Shown: piece by piece, positions 1 through 12,725 of the stretch
Numbering within the stretch: the stretch's first letter is position 1
How the letters are laid out: each line of letters starts with the position of its first letter
Assembly: GCA_024137785.1 (NCBI GenBank)
Contig: JAHRHZ010000141.1
Coordinates: 1,589,944-1,653,943 of the forward strand
Direction of reading: 5' to 3'
Length of the DNA stretch: 64,000 nucleotides
Source of the DNA: Ginglymostoma cirratum
Lineage: Eukaryota
The notes under the pieces: generated by a model
The model's database searches: none
What the model was told of the DNA's origin: nothing
Seen by the model: only the letters and a program-made list of their open reading frames with translations
Made by a program: the position numbers and the translations under genes

Positions 1-173
1 CCCTCTCTCCCTATTTATTTCAGAACCCTCTTCCCCTCCCCCATTTCTGATGAAGGGTTTAGGCCCGAAACGTCAAGTTTTCCTGCTCCTATGATGCTGC
101 TTGACCTGCTGTGTTCATCCAGCCCCATGCTTGTTATCTCGGATTCTCCAGCATCTGCAGTACCTTTTATCTC
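1..173 (+). mobile_element. 3' terminal region (pLTR) of a Penelope-like retroelement, truncated by the window edge
   Basis: Nearly identical to the reverse complement of 49391-49530, the end of the GIY-YIG-encoding element; contains a hammerhead motif. Confidence 0.85.
43..78 (+). ncRNA. Minimal type I hammerhead ribozyme motif (Penelope-associated)
   Basis: AUUU-CUGAUGA-A-GGG(UUUAGG)CCC-GAAAC-GUC-AAGU: intact core boxes, 3-bp stem II, 4-bp stem I including one G-U pair, and no monomeric stem III loop. Confidence 0.7.
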
Positions 174-1280
174 TGATACAATTTAACAGTTTGTTGAGTT
201 GTAAAATGTTTGAATTACATCCTTATCAATGGAATTCGAAATAAAGCTTTTATGAAGGAAAGCTAAATAGCAATGCTAAGCATTTTGAGTGGAAGTAGTA
301 AAAATTAAATTAATTAAATTAAACTAAATTAAATTAATTAAAAATGGAAATTTAGTTTAAAATCCACATACGCTGTGTGAATAACAGGTGTCGTAAACTG
401 CAGTAGCAGTATTGTTTGATTTCTCAGCGTTATGTGAGACAAGAGTTGATCTACATTTCTAGAATGTGTCACTTTAACGTCATTTTAGTGTTGATTTTAA
501 ATATTTTTGTAACAATTCATAGAAATTGATATCCTTCTAATCTACCGTACTAAAGTTAAGACTAAATTTGGAAGAGTTCTTAGTGAAAAGCAAATGCTTA
601 GAAAACTAAATTGGTGCAGCTGGCGTATGCTGAGGAAGGAAAAATAAACGATTGTAAGTATTGTATGATGTCCAAGACAGATTATGGAGGTATTTTGTGA
701 ACATTATGAGATTATGGGAGATCCTAGGGCTGTCGATAATTTTGTATATTGTTGATTGCAAGTTTGCTGGATTAGGTGTATGGATTATGGGGATAAAGAT
801 AACAATGATATCAGCGTTACACGTGATTATTATAACGTTAAGAGTAAAAATTGTTGCATTTCACTGGGGTACTCAAAGTGTCATTGACCTTCTGATCTGG
901 GCTGTATTTAAGAAGGCAAAAGTGTCCCATAAGCATATCAGATTTGGAGAGGTTTCTGATCCCTACCACATATTTAGAGCTCTGCATAAAGTTCACTTAT
1001 GCTAAGAAATACAGGAGTTAACAAACATCTTTGATATTTCTCCAGAAAACAATTGGAGATGCGAGTAGGGTATGGTAATGGTCGGTCAACGGTGGTGTGT
1101 ATCTTAATGGGGTGAGTATGTTTAATATTGCCACCATTTTGTTCGAGGTTAAACCCCATATTCTATCCTGCTGTAAGTTACTGGACAAGAAGATCCAAGA
1201 AGGAGAAGGCAGTTTTGCTGTTGTAACCACAAAACAAAGGCAAATGCTATTGGTCGAATTAATTAAATTCTTAAAGCTTA

Positions 1281-1890
1281 TTGAATTGAATTGAATTGAC
1301 TGTTATTTATTAAATATCCTTTATTGTCGCTTGTACAGCAGTGCAGAAATGCAGGAGTACAGTGGATTTATTTTTTACAATGGCTGTCTTTAATGGCATC
1401 ACCTTCGATACAAATTTTCAAGTTACAAAACGTGAATACAAAATGAATAAAATGAAAAGTAGTAGAATTACGTACAGTGTCTGAACTAAGTAAGTCAGAA
1501 ATAAGATAGTCATAACATATTTAAAGTATCGATATTACAGTCCAGTAAAGAATTACAAATAGCAGCAGCTCAGCACGTCGTCTGACTGCTTGCACCAGGT
1601 TCCCGTTGTTCAGCTGCCCTGCACCAAAAATCCAGTCCACAGCCAGTTCCTCGTGTGACAAGAGTGTGGTTAAAATAAAAGAAAAATATGAAATCAAAAC
1701 CGTGATATTAGGTTTTCGAGTACAATTTGAAAACTTAAATTAGAAGAAATTAAGAAAGAATTTAAAAGATTTTTGAGTGAGGGAAGACAGAGAGAGAGAG
1801 ACAGAGACCGACAGGCATACAAACAGAGAGGGAGAGAGAGAGAACAGAGAGAGAGAGATTAAGAGAAAGAGGAACTTTTTGTGCCATGAT
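1281..1890 (-). mobile_element. Degenerate non-autonomous element with Rex1-like 3' tail
   Basis: (TTGAA)n tail followed by ttgtcgcttgtac...gtacagtg, as at about 35367 and 62740; purine-rich tract further in. Confidence 0.45.
1781..1870. repeat. Imperfect (GA)n microsatellite
   Basis: Runs of gagaga interrupted by gaca. Confidence 0.85.
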
Positions 1891-4199
1891 AGCGGAACTA
1901 ATTGTTAACTTTTGTGATGTGATTTGTTTGGATCTTTGTTTGTTAAGTGTTGCGTTGTGTCATTTATGCGCTTTCGTTGCCTTGATCTCGAGATCTGGGA
2001 ATGCTTTGTGTTTAGTTTGCATTTTAGGAATGTATGATGATTTAAAAGTTTAGTGTTTATTTCATCGTAAATGTGTGTTCAAGGTGATGTCAATTTAAGG
2101 TAATGGCAGTGTTCGTATAAAATAAAAAAAAGAAACCTGCTACGAAATATTTCCAATTTGTTTCTTAAAGCATGCTCAAAATTTACATCCTGCAATTGGT
2201 TAAATATGATTTTAGTAAATTGGAAAAGAAAACTAAGTCGAAAGACGTTGCACATTTTCTCCTTCCAGTAAATATTGCACTAGTTCTGTTTCTTTTAGTT
2301 TATGGACACAATCTTGTGTAAATGTTTAATTTCAGAATCTGTGAGACTGCATTATCATGTTTGGAATTGCTTTTCCTGACCTCAGTGAACGATTAATAAT
2401 TATCTTGACATTGGTGAACCTATAATTCCAGAAAATAATATTTTCTCATTTCAAATATCCGTTGATCTGAAATGATGCTTTAAGACAAAGGGATTTTGGA
2501 ATTTTGGAAAAAAAAGATCTGTTTTTGAAAAAGAAAAAATGTCGAATGATATGTTTTAAAATATGTGAAACTGAAATCAAAAAAATTTTAAAAATATATA
2601 AAATTTTAGGAAGTTTGTAAAGTTTCCCATTGTTTGGACACGGACTATAACACATGGCTGTTATTTTTGTACAGGTGAAAAGGGACTGTTGACTTAATTG
2701 CACTCAGGGGTCTTCACTCTACCACATTATATTAGCAGTCAACTGTCTCTAATTAAATAATTGTGCTTGCAGTGAAATGGATAGACTTTTGTCTTTGATA
2801 AGTGAAGGTACAGAATGATGTCGCTAACACCTTCAAATTATTGAAAGTAACTGCAGACTTCTAAAATCGCAACAGAGCGATGAACAAGTAATCCACAATC
2901 AATCAAGACACTCCTTAACGTTCCATCTCTTGTGCAGGAGAACTCCTATGAAAGCATCAAATATATCCCGTATTGGGATTTATAAAAACCGTAAGCCTGT
3001 GCACATTTTACTATATCGTAAGGAGAAATTATATTAAAATTCGCCCTGTCTGTCATCCTAAAACGTCTGAAGGGGAACAGCCTCCTGTGATTTAAAGGGA
3101 TGGTGGAAGCAATAAAATGTATGAACACCTCCTCAGTAGTTTTCATGCATGGAGAGAAAATTGTTCGTGTTCTATTTTCATAATTAACTGAATGACTGAA
3201 TTTGGAGAATCAAGTATCCAGAACAGGCTGTCAAGTATGTTAAACCTTTAAAAGGATTACCTCAGAAAAAGAATGAATAAAATATATTTTTACTTGAACA
3301 AAACAGAAATGCTGAATTATTGACTCAAGATTGAAGAATATGTTTCAATGCACGACAAATTTCTCCCGGGTTTAGAAGACAATGATGGGTGAACTGAAGA
3401 ACAAGATCGGAGAAGGTCATTCAGGGTGGAAACTGATGGCAGAAGACACACCAAAGATGGGCAAGAGATTGCAATAGCATTTGAAGTTAACATGCATTCT
3501 AGTAAAACAGGAAATTTTAATGATGCCATTAAATTTATTGCACATCACTTTCACTTTATGATGTTGGCATAATTACATTTTTGTTGAAGAGAAATGAAAT
3601 TGATGGCCGAGCCACAACACAAAATATTGAGACTGCGCATGGGCAGATGAGTAAAATCTCAGGTCGTTTTTCATAAAACCATACAAGATTCACTAATGTA
3701 TGTCATCTTATTGGGATACCATGTACGTTTGCAATAATGATGAGTGGAGTCAAAATTAGCATGGGACAAAAGAGGGGAAATATTTAGCTGAAGAATGGGT
3801 TTCAATCACGTGCACCAACTTGACAAAGAGCACGGCATTACCTGGTTGATTTGGCTATTAAAATGAGAAAGCGTTTTAATATGTAAGACAACGACACCTA
3901 CTCCTTAGAGGAAGTGATCGCGAAACATTTTGGAAAGAGTCAAGTGAGAGGAATTTCAAGGAGCAAGGAGAATTTAAATTTAAATAAGTAAAGGCATATA
4001 ATCGTTTAATAAGGTTGTCTTGGAGCTAAATGGGAATCTCTGTTACTCTGCATAGATAAAAATTTGTAGGTAATCAATGATAATGCAGTAAATCCAACTG
4101 CATTGATGATGAAGGAAGGAGACGAACATGATGTCCTGTGAGAATTTGACAATGGAGATGCTGACGCAATTGCTGTGGAAACATTAGAATGAGACCAAG

Positions 4200-5760
4200 T
4201 GTTGAAAGTGTTTGCGGATGGATCAAGGAAATACTGAGGGAGTGTCCAGTATGCTTCACAGGCAGTAGTTGTGGAGAGAACTTTATCTGGCAGCGCACAG
4301 ATTCCTCGGAGGTACTCAACCTATTTGGTAGAACTGATCGTGCTGACAGCAACACTGAAATTACCAAGGAATCAGAGATTCAACAGATTGTTGACATGCC
4401 TTTGTTGGAGTTCATGACTATATATTGTTCTGAGGTCGGCGATGGCACATCATCTCACCTGTGGATCACGCACACCACGAAGACCTGAGTGAAATATTAA
4501 TTCAGGCCTTCATCTGCCAGGATTTCTCAGCAGGATTATTTGCAAGAATACTGGAAGAAGAGATGAATTCGAGAATGGGAATACGCTGTCAGGTGGAATC
4601 TGGTCAAGAGATATATTTTACAGGGCAAGCGCGTGTCCTGTTTGGTATTAAGAAAACATTTCCAGCTCCCATACCAGCCTTAAGTTCAGATATGATTCTA
4701 ATGAATGTGTACTTCGAATTAGTCTGACGAAGACTCTGACAGAGGCACGGCAATGATAGGGTCAAACAATTTCTGAAAGGACTGGCAAAGAAGATGCATG
4801 GACTGAGATGGGTTTATTCGGAATGTCAGATGCAGGTTATTTTAGACATTATTGAATTTCTGAGGACAATGCAAAATACTTGTTTATTGACCGTCTGGTC
4901 AATAAGTACGAGCATTTAGCAGAGACATGTACCATTTATGCCAATTGGCTTTTCACTCACAATCTTACAGATTGTGGTTTTGTGACAAAGGACAACAACA
5001 CAAGTGAACACACAGCCCTCTTGCAGTACGATGGATAGTAAAATCTGCTGATGCTGGAATCTGAGACAACATAGTTTTGGAGCTGGAGGAGCACAGCAAG
5101 TCAGGAAGCATCAGAGGAGTAGAAATATCCCAAGCCGAAACGGTAACTTTCTTGCTCCTCTGATGCTGTCTGGCCTGCTGTGCTCCTTCAACTCTACACC
5201 GAGTTATCCTTTCTTGCAGTAAATCCTGTTAGGATCAATATATTGTTTGGACACAGCAGTCAGCGATAAGGAGACTGGAACAAAGCAGTGCAACTTTAAT
5301 TGAAATAAATTTGTTATCAGCAGACAGACATAGAACATTACGATTCAGGCACAAACTTTGCTTCAGTCGGTATGATGAGCTGTGATTTATCTTCTTATAC
5401 AATGAACTGAAGCAGATAAAGTAAACAGAGAGTTACAACAACCAACGATTGGTACTGGAAATGAACATTCAAATACACCGATGTATGAAGATTCTCTCTC
5501 ATGTTCCAGTAAGATAATGCAATTCGTTGGTTTTATTTTGTTATTGACGTTAGTGTGTAAGAATGATGTATTAAAGACAGTGACACAGGGGACGTATAGG
5601 AATTAAGGATTTCCCTATTAGCCATGATAAAAGAGGTAATGAGTATCCCCCGTAAGTTTCATAAGCTTGAATGGCCTTTAAACCACAGTCTTAGAGAGGG
5701 GAGTATAGTAGAAGCTCATGACTCCGTTGACAGGACGCCCGCTTGGTGCTTTTTTAGCTG
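4200..5760 (+). mobile_element. Highly degraded endogenous retrovirus-like pol (RNase H + integrase)
   Basis: Frame-broken translation gives KVFADGS...AVVV...SAQ...LVELIVLTATLKL and AFVGVHDY...HHEDLSEILIQA (retroviral RNase H pattern), DSGTNF at 5342 (integrase DxGxxF) and LTGRP near 5727. Confidence 0.6.
5029..5211. mobile_element. Palindromic Penelope-terminus-derived insertion
   Basis: Inverted arms of the pLTR sequence; flanking direct repeat TCTTGCAGTA at 5019-5028 and 5212-5221. Confidence 0.8.
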
Positions 5761-6988
5761 ACACAAAATGGCCAAAAATTTTTGACAAGTTGGTACTTCA
5801 GATGTTACAGGTAGACTGTAGTCTCCATATGGATATATCGGATATGATGAGATTCTTCATAAGAAGAAATTTTCTGTACATTAATTGTGGTTCTGTGAAT
5901 AGACAGTTCTGAACACATAAGCATTCAAATTGAGGACAATGCTGTAAGACCCAAGTGAGATACAGTCTCAAGGTTGCTGTTTAGAAAAAAAAAATCGTTT
6001 AAGGAAATGTCTGATCATACATAACCCTGAACTGTTTACTAAATTCAGGAATTATAAATGAAAGTAACAAATGAATGTGAAAAAGTTAGTTGCATTACTT
6101 ATGCAAATATTTAAAGGCAATAAGGACGCCCATTGTATTATTAGGGAAGATAAATTAGTAAATGGTTCAAATACGAATTCCAAAAAAAAAAAAAAAAGTT
6201 TGTCACGGTGTAAAAAAGAGATTGACAATCATTTGAAACTTAAGTGCAAATGTGGATAATTCACAAATTCAAACCATATAATCCCAATATGTCTGTTTAT
6301 AATTGGCTGGATTATTCGTCTGTGAGAGAAAGTTGAACCTCTGGTCTGAGTTCCACCGTGACTTGTATTTACTATGGCTCTCTGAATCAAGGCCATTTAC
6401 TTCATCCTTTGTCGCTTGTCTGTATCAGCAACTCTGCATCAATAGCCTTTGTCTCGTTTTATTGTCCTTTTCTCAAGCAAACACTTCACAGGGGTCCTCC
6501 TCTCTGGTTATGTTCATGCATTGCTAGACCACGTAACTGATCCATCACCTCTATATTCTGCTCACATATCACCTTTTTGATACATCAGCTATCTTTACTT
6601 AATCCCTCTTTCTCAGACTGGATTCAGGTGCGTCTCACATTTGTCATTGGAAAATGTAACTTTTTTTGTTTGTTTTTGTTGTCCCATACTCAATCTCCTG
6701 CTTTCGCTTCTTCTTTACCATATTTCGCAGTCATATGCTGAACGATTAAATTTTATCTCCGTCTTTATTCATCACTGTCTTTATGTCTTATTAATATGGT
6801 AGTTACTGTATCTGTGACAATACAAATTTCGAATTTAAAGGCAAAAACATAGAACATAGTTTTGAACAGAAATTAGTGAGCGGCCTGACAACAGTTCCTT
6901 TTCAATATTATTAATCATCATGCTAAACGTCACAATTTCACAATGATGCAGGTAAATATCTGACGCATGATAGTGTATTTGCACTTGC

Positions 6989-7009
6989 CAGCTTGTTCTT
7001 TTGCAAGTT
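6989..7009 (-). CDS. 21-nt heptad micro-exon, type B, (E)LAKEQA, GC donor
   Basis: Minus strand: catttctgttttcttacag|AACTTGCAAAAGAACAAGCTG|gcaagtg; homologous to the exons at 19606 and 32958. Confidence 0.8.
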
Positions 7010-7429
7010 CTGTAAGAAAACAGAAATGATTATTAAAGATCACCCCCCATGTCCAAATTCCATTCACATTTATAAACCTCATTGCAATCTATCTGTATCT
7101 CATTTGTGTTTTTTTTAATAACTTCTCTCTTTTGCTCGTCATCCGTGTCTAAAATTGCATACACTAAAGCATTGTTTATTGCTGATACTACCCAACATCA
7201 AGCATTCCTTTACAATCTTACATTTTTCTATTATTAGGCAAAATTCTAGCGTAATCAAAGATGATATTCTTTAAGGAACAATATTGACCACATCCAGTGT
7301 ATTTACTTGAACCATATCCAATTGCGATAATGGAATGTATTGGATCGCAGAGTGCAGAGTTCTTTACAGATCCGATTAAGTGTAGTTAAGTGAAGGCTCA
7401 ACAACAGCAGTTTGTTCCAATTTGAACAT

Positions 7430-10400
7430 TAATCGAATAAGATTAAAAGACGTAAAAGGAAAAGAGTACTTATTAAATAAATTTTAAAAAGGAAAAAGGA
7501 GGGTAAAAGTCAATGAACCGCACGCCTGTCTGGCCGTCGTTGACACTTCGATCGATGGCAGGTCTGGAGGCCGATCTTATTCCTAGCACCGTTCACAATT
7601 CTGGTCGAAGGCGAAATTCAATGGCTTGGAAGAAAACTCTGTCTTATACAGATCAACAACCAGAAAGGCACATAAAAATAAACAATTACAGAAGACAAAA
7701 CTTTTGGCCAGTATAGAAAACAGCTACTGAAAAAAGAAGCTACATGTGTCATCTTCAACAGATAAAGACATGTCCACAGGATCTATTCAAGGCCATGCAG
7801 CATGCCAAATATCCTCATTAACTTTCCCAGCCTATTTTACCATCACATAAATCTGTTTTCTCATACACCTTTGAATATCATCATTAGCCTTCAGCCCTTC
7901 GGTCCATTCTATGCATTCCACCCCGATGATATTTGACAAAGCATGTTTCATTTGTAAATGTAGATGCACACCAACAGTGTGCACTAGGATTCATAATAAG
8001 AACATTTAACCTGCACCAAAAATGCAAAACTACAATTAAAATAACTAGCATCACTATAAATAATGCAATAATGCTATGTATCCTCAAAATAATTATCATG
8101 ACGAACTTTGGAGTTCGATCCTTATACATATCTCACCCCTAAAGCAACGTCAAGACACTAATAGAATCAGCAAGCTGTGCCAACTGATTAAGGCGACCAG
8201 AATATCGACTACATTCTTTTTCAGTTAATACATTTACATGTTTTGCTTCAAAATTCAGTATATTCCAGAGTCAAGTTCTTTAATTTGTGTGTTTTTTTAT
8301 CCTCCAGCTCCCTATCCACAAAACACTTCCTCCATATGCAAGTAACACCTTTTGATTTATCATATATATGGTATCCAACAATACATCTCGAGCGTTCACC
8401 AGGTTTTCACAATGAATTATGCTTATGACTTTTAGTGTTCCCAGATTCCGTTGCCACAGACGCCTGCACTACCCGAGTCTTAGCTTAACCTTCTTCTGCA
8501 TACACATACTGCCCTAACACGTTACAATTTCACTAGCTGGTTTAATCATACAAACGCTTAAGATGAGGGACCTGTTCGTCATCTGAGGGGCACTTTCACT
8601 CAGTCCACCATTACTTCTCCCAGAGTTCAAATTCTTCCATTTTTGTATCATTTTGACATAATAACGAATCATTTGTTTTTTATTTTGGCATAATTCTTCT
8701 TATATCCCTTTCACTAATACCATTTTCATTGTTTAAAATTATGTTCCTCAGTGTCTTACCGTTTACGCAATGATTTCGAGCTCTTCAAAGCCGCACTAAT
8801 CCTTTTGTCAAGTATTCTCCATGTCTGAGACCAGTTCTTCAGGACATGTTTTTTTTTTCTACGTTTCATGTTTGTTACCTTTGAGGTAACATTTCCTTTC
8901 ACACATTTACATCGGTGGTCTAGGACTATGTCACGTATTTTGGACTCCCATATGATTTCATCAAATGACCAATGAGATTTTACTTGTCCCTCCACATATC
9001 GTCAGGATGCCTTGGGTAGCTTGATCGCCAATTCAACTTGTCTTAAAATGAAAGACAAGGACACAGACATCAGCAAGAGGAAGCTGTCAGTTTGGTACAT
9101 TTGTCCAAACTCATTTTCACTCAAATGGATTTTAACCTCAATTCCATTTGGAACTAATTATTGCACTTTAATTGTCTTCTGCCACCAGTCTCCACCCCAA
9201 TTACACCGTCTCAGCCAATTTTGCAACTAAACTGTTACCAACATGTTTAATTGAACAGATCTGTATATTCTTGTAGTCCATAGAAAGTAATATTACCATA
9301 TTTTAAAACAGAAGTTCAACATGTGTACGTGAATCACTAGCAACATATTTTGTTTTCCTTTTCCTCTACGATTAGCCACTTGTTGAGTCATTCTAGATAT
9401 TTCATATATGCTGATAGAAATTTATCCAATTTGAATATTCTATTTACTCCATTAAAGTCACTAACCATTTTTGTATGCATTGAAATCACTGAAACTGTAT
9501 TCGTACTCACTGCTATTTTCCAGAATACCTTTAATTTTTCAGGTTACTATTCTATTTTAACGTTTTGGAATAACAAGGTATGTGATAATTAATACAATTT
9601 TTACATGACATGATTAAGTGAACCCAGGCTCAGTGGTTTCAAGGTTCATGACATTCATTATAATTGATATTTCCATAGTACTTGCCCAACAATAAAACAC
9701 GTTATTGATGAATTGCTTGATGGTTTAAGGGTACTCATCCAGCCCTGTGTTCTGTGGTTTCAATTGTACAAATGGGTTCAGGCTTCAATGTTTACAACTT
9801 TCAATATAAAAATAAACAAACTCCATCCATTGTACCTCAAGCAGAATGGCTTAATTAGTATTAAGTTGATATAGATGCAGAAAATGGATTGTGGGGGGGG
9901 AGGGGGAGGGATAAAGTTCAGCATTACGTCATCCTTGCTGCTGCTCCTTGAAGGAAGAGAGTGCCCATCCCTTTGTTAAATTAGTGTTTCCTAAACTCCA
10001 AGCAACACAGGAAGGTGAATTTTCAAAATCCCAATTTCCTTATTACTTCAATATTAACAATGATTCAATCTTATCATATGGAATTAAATATTCACACGTG
10101 GTAAAACAATACGTTGAAGTTTAGTCTGACTGGAAAATGAAATTCCAGAAATGTAATTTTTGGAAGCAAATTTTACCCAACTCAAAACACACCACGATGC
10201 CAATTGCAAAGGCTACATATCTACCCAGCTTTACAAACAAAAATTTTGAATCAACATTTCGCAGATTTTGAGTTTACACAACCACTAATTATTTCTTCAC
10301 AGGACTTTCCTTTAACCATACTGTTCCACACTAATACAGGCACACATGAAACTCCCAAATCTCAAACTGACACTTTCAATTATTTGCAGATCTCGAGCTC

Positions 10401-10920
10401 CAGGGAACAAAAAGGCTCAAATTATACAAGACAACATTTAGCCATCAACAAACCAAAGTGCATTCCAACTTGACCGCAAAGAATTAACGCTTCCAGAAGA
10501 TTCATTAGATCTGAACAGCGCAGAAACCTGTCCTCTAGTTATCTCGACCGACAACTCGCCTGGAAGCTGAGTATTCTCCTGAACCCAATCACAATTCCAT
10601 TCAGAGGCAGAGTCCAATGACTTGGAATGGAACTCACTCACGCATACAGTGTAACAAACAACAGAACACAGAGAGCTAAAAACAACTATTCCAGAAGAAA
10701 GAAAAACCTGTGGGCAATACAGAAAAGAGCTACAGAAGAAAATAAAAACAAACTGCAGGTGTGGTGTTCAGTCTGGAAAGGAATTTTCATCAGACTCATT
10801 CAAGGTCATGCGACATGCCCAATATCATCATTAACTTTCCCAGGCTATTTTGCTATCCTGTATAATCTATTTTTTTCATGAAGCTGTCGAATATCATCTT
10901 TAACTTTTAGCCCTGGAACC
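7430..10920 (-). mobile_element. Old LTR-element remnant bounded by diverged direct repeats
   Basis: About 7690-7900 aligns with about 10690-10915 (ttcaaggccatgc...atatcctcattaactttcccag...gaatatcatc...agccct); interior is degraded with no clear ORF. Confidence 0.5.
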
Positions 10921-11009
10921 CATGCTACATAGTGGTGAATTGTTCAGCCATATCCCGTAAACTCCTTCGAGATCATACGCTCGTGCATTTTATTTTTCGC
11001 AGCATCTAC

Positions 11010-11030
11010 CTTGCTTGCAGTTTTTCAGAT
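11010..11030 (-). CDS. 21-nt heptad micro-exon, type A, (D)LKNCKQ
   Basis: Minus strand: cttttcctttcaactgtgtccttcag|ATCTGAAAAACTGCAAGCAAG|gtagat; differs from exon 55540 mostly at synonymous sites. Confidence 0.85.
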
Positions 11031-11373
11031 CTGAAGGACACAGTTGAAAGGAAAAGTATTACACCTTCAGCATATTTTTTTTTGATAAAACCAGTAAACT
11101 ATTTCAGTCACAATATTCCAATGCTGAGACAATTTACGGAGAAACAAAATCATATGATACTGCATTTATCACTTCACAAAAAAAGGAAGTTGAAAACATG
11201 GAATGTGCTGCCTCGCTGCAGCAATTCCATTAATTCAATGGTTTAGCTATTATTTTATTTCGCACGAAAATAAAATTGACAACTCAGTGGATAATAGTCA
11301 TTTCAACATCTTGAGAACTTAGTCACCAAAAGTTTATAGTAATGACATTTTTCAAGCAATTAATGTGTAACTT

Positions 11374-12725
11374 ATAGAGTCACATAGAGCCGTAGACTCA
11401 CACAGGGCAGAGACAGAACCCTTGGCTCACTATGCAAATGACAAAAAACAACCATCAAACTACATTAGAGATAATAGGAACTGCAGATGCTGGAGATTCC
11501 GAGATAACGAAATGTGGAGCTGGATGAACACAGCAGGCCAGGCAATATCATAGGAGCAGGAAAGCTTGATGTTTCGGGCCTAAACTCAGGGTCTAGGCCC
11601 GAAACGTAAAGCTTTCCTGCTCCTATGATGCTGCTTGACCTGCTGTGTTCATCCAGCTCCACTTCTTGTTATCAAACTACATTAATCTCATTTACCAGTA
11701 CTTGGTGAAACCTTGTGATGCGTTTATATTTTGAGTACTCACCCAGAAGCTTCTTAAAAAAAAAGGTCACTAAACAATCAGCCTCCACCACACTTTCAGG
11801 CTTCACATTCTGACACAACTGAGTGAAAACGTACTTCAAATAACTCCTATAAACCACTTGCTACTCACACAAAACTTATATCCTGTGGCGCTTGGCATGT
11901 CTGCGCTAGGCAAAAACTTCACAGGGTCTCTTCTGTCGATAAATCTAACAATTTTTGAACTCCACAAACAAATCCCCATTCACTCTCTTCTTCTCCCACA
12001 AAGAAGCAAACACAGAGTATTCAAACTCCTCCCTGAGACACTTAATCTTCGGAAACCTACTAGCAAATCTCTTCCTCACCATCTGAACCATATCAACCCC
12101 TTTCAATGGCAAACAGAATTGCACACTTTCTTCGAATTGTGGCCTAACTAATTCTTTCTAAACTTGAAACTCGTCTTCCTTGTTCCTATATTCTGCACAT
12201 ACGTCATCAATGCAAGCATCCAACATGCCTTCTTCACAACCCTGTACCTTCCAGGATCTATGATCTTGCACACCAAGTTCATTTTGTTCCTTAGTATTTT
12301 GGAGGAAAATATAATGCATTTTGTATGACATTTCCTTATCAGATCTCCCATGATGTATCAACTTGCATTAATTACAACCAATCTTCATCTGTCATTACTT
12401 TGCCCAATTTATCAGCTGACCAATAATCAGGCTGTGGTCTGAGACAATTTAGAAAATCACCTATTTTGAGCCATCTACGATCTTACTCATTATTACTTTT
12501 ACATCCACATTCATGTCATTAATCAAAGTACAACAAGTGGGAGAACATTAATCTTGTAGTATACCTGGTCACAGGTTCCAATTGCAAAAGCAAAAGACCA
12601 CCATGAAGCTTTGCCACACACTTGCAAGACAATTTGGCTCGAATCCCATTCACTCTTAACTTTGAGATCAGTTTACCATGTCTAAACTTGTCAAAAAAAC
12701 TTATTGCAGATTTGCAGAACAATAA
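11374..12725 (-). mobile_element. CR1/HER1-type LINE 3' fragment
   Basis: atagagtc/catagag tail repeats at the left end; ORF 12519-12722 FDKFRHGKLISKLRVNGI resembles CR1 RT AFDKVPHGRL..K...GI. Confidence 0.75.
11468..11670. mobile_element. Palindromic Penelope-terminus-derived insertion nested in CR1
   Basis: About 85-bp inverted arms; perfect flanking direct repeat ATCAAACTACATTA at 11454-11467 and 11671-11684. Confidence 0.9.

Noticed and set aside
8137-8157. 21-nt AG/GT-bounded minus-strand segment
   Set aside because: Stop codon in phase 1; no homology.
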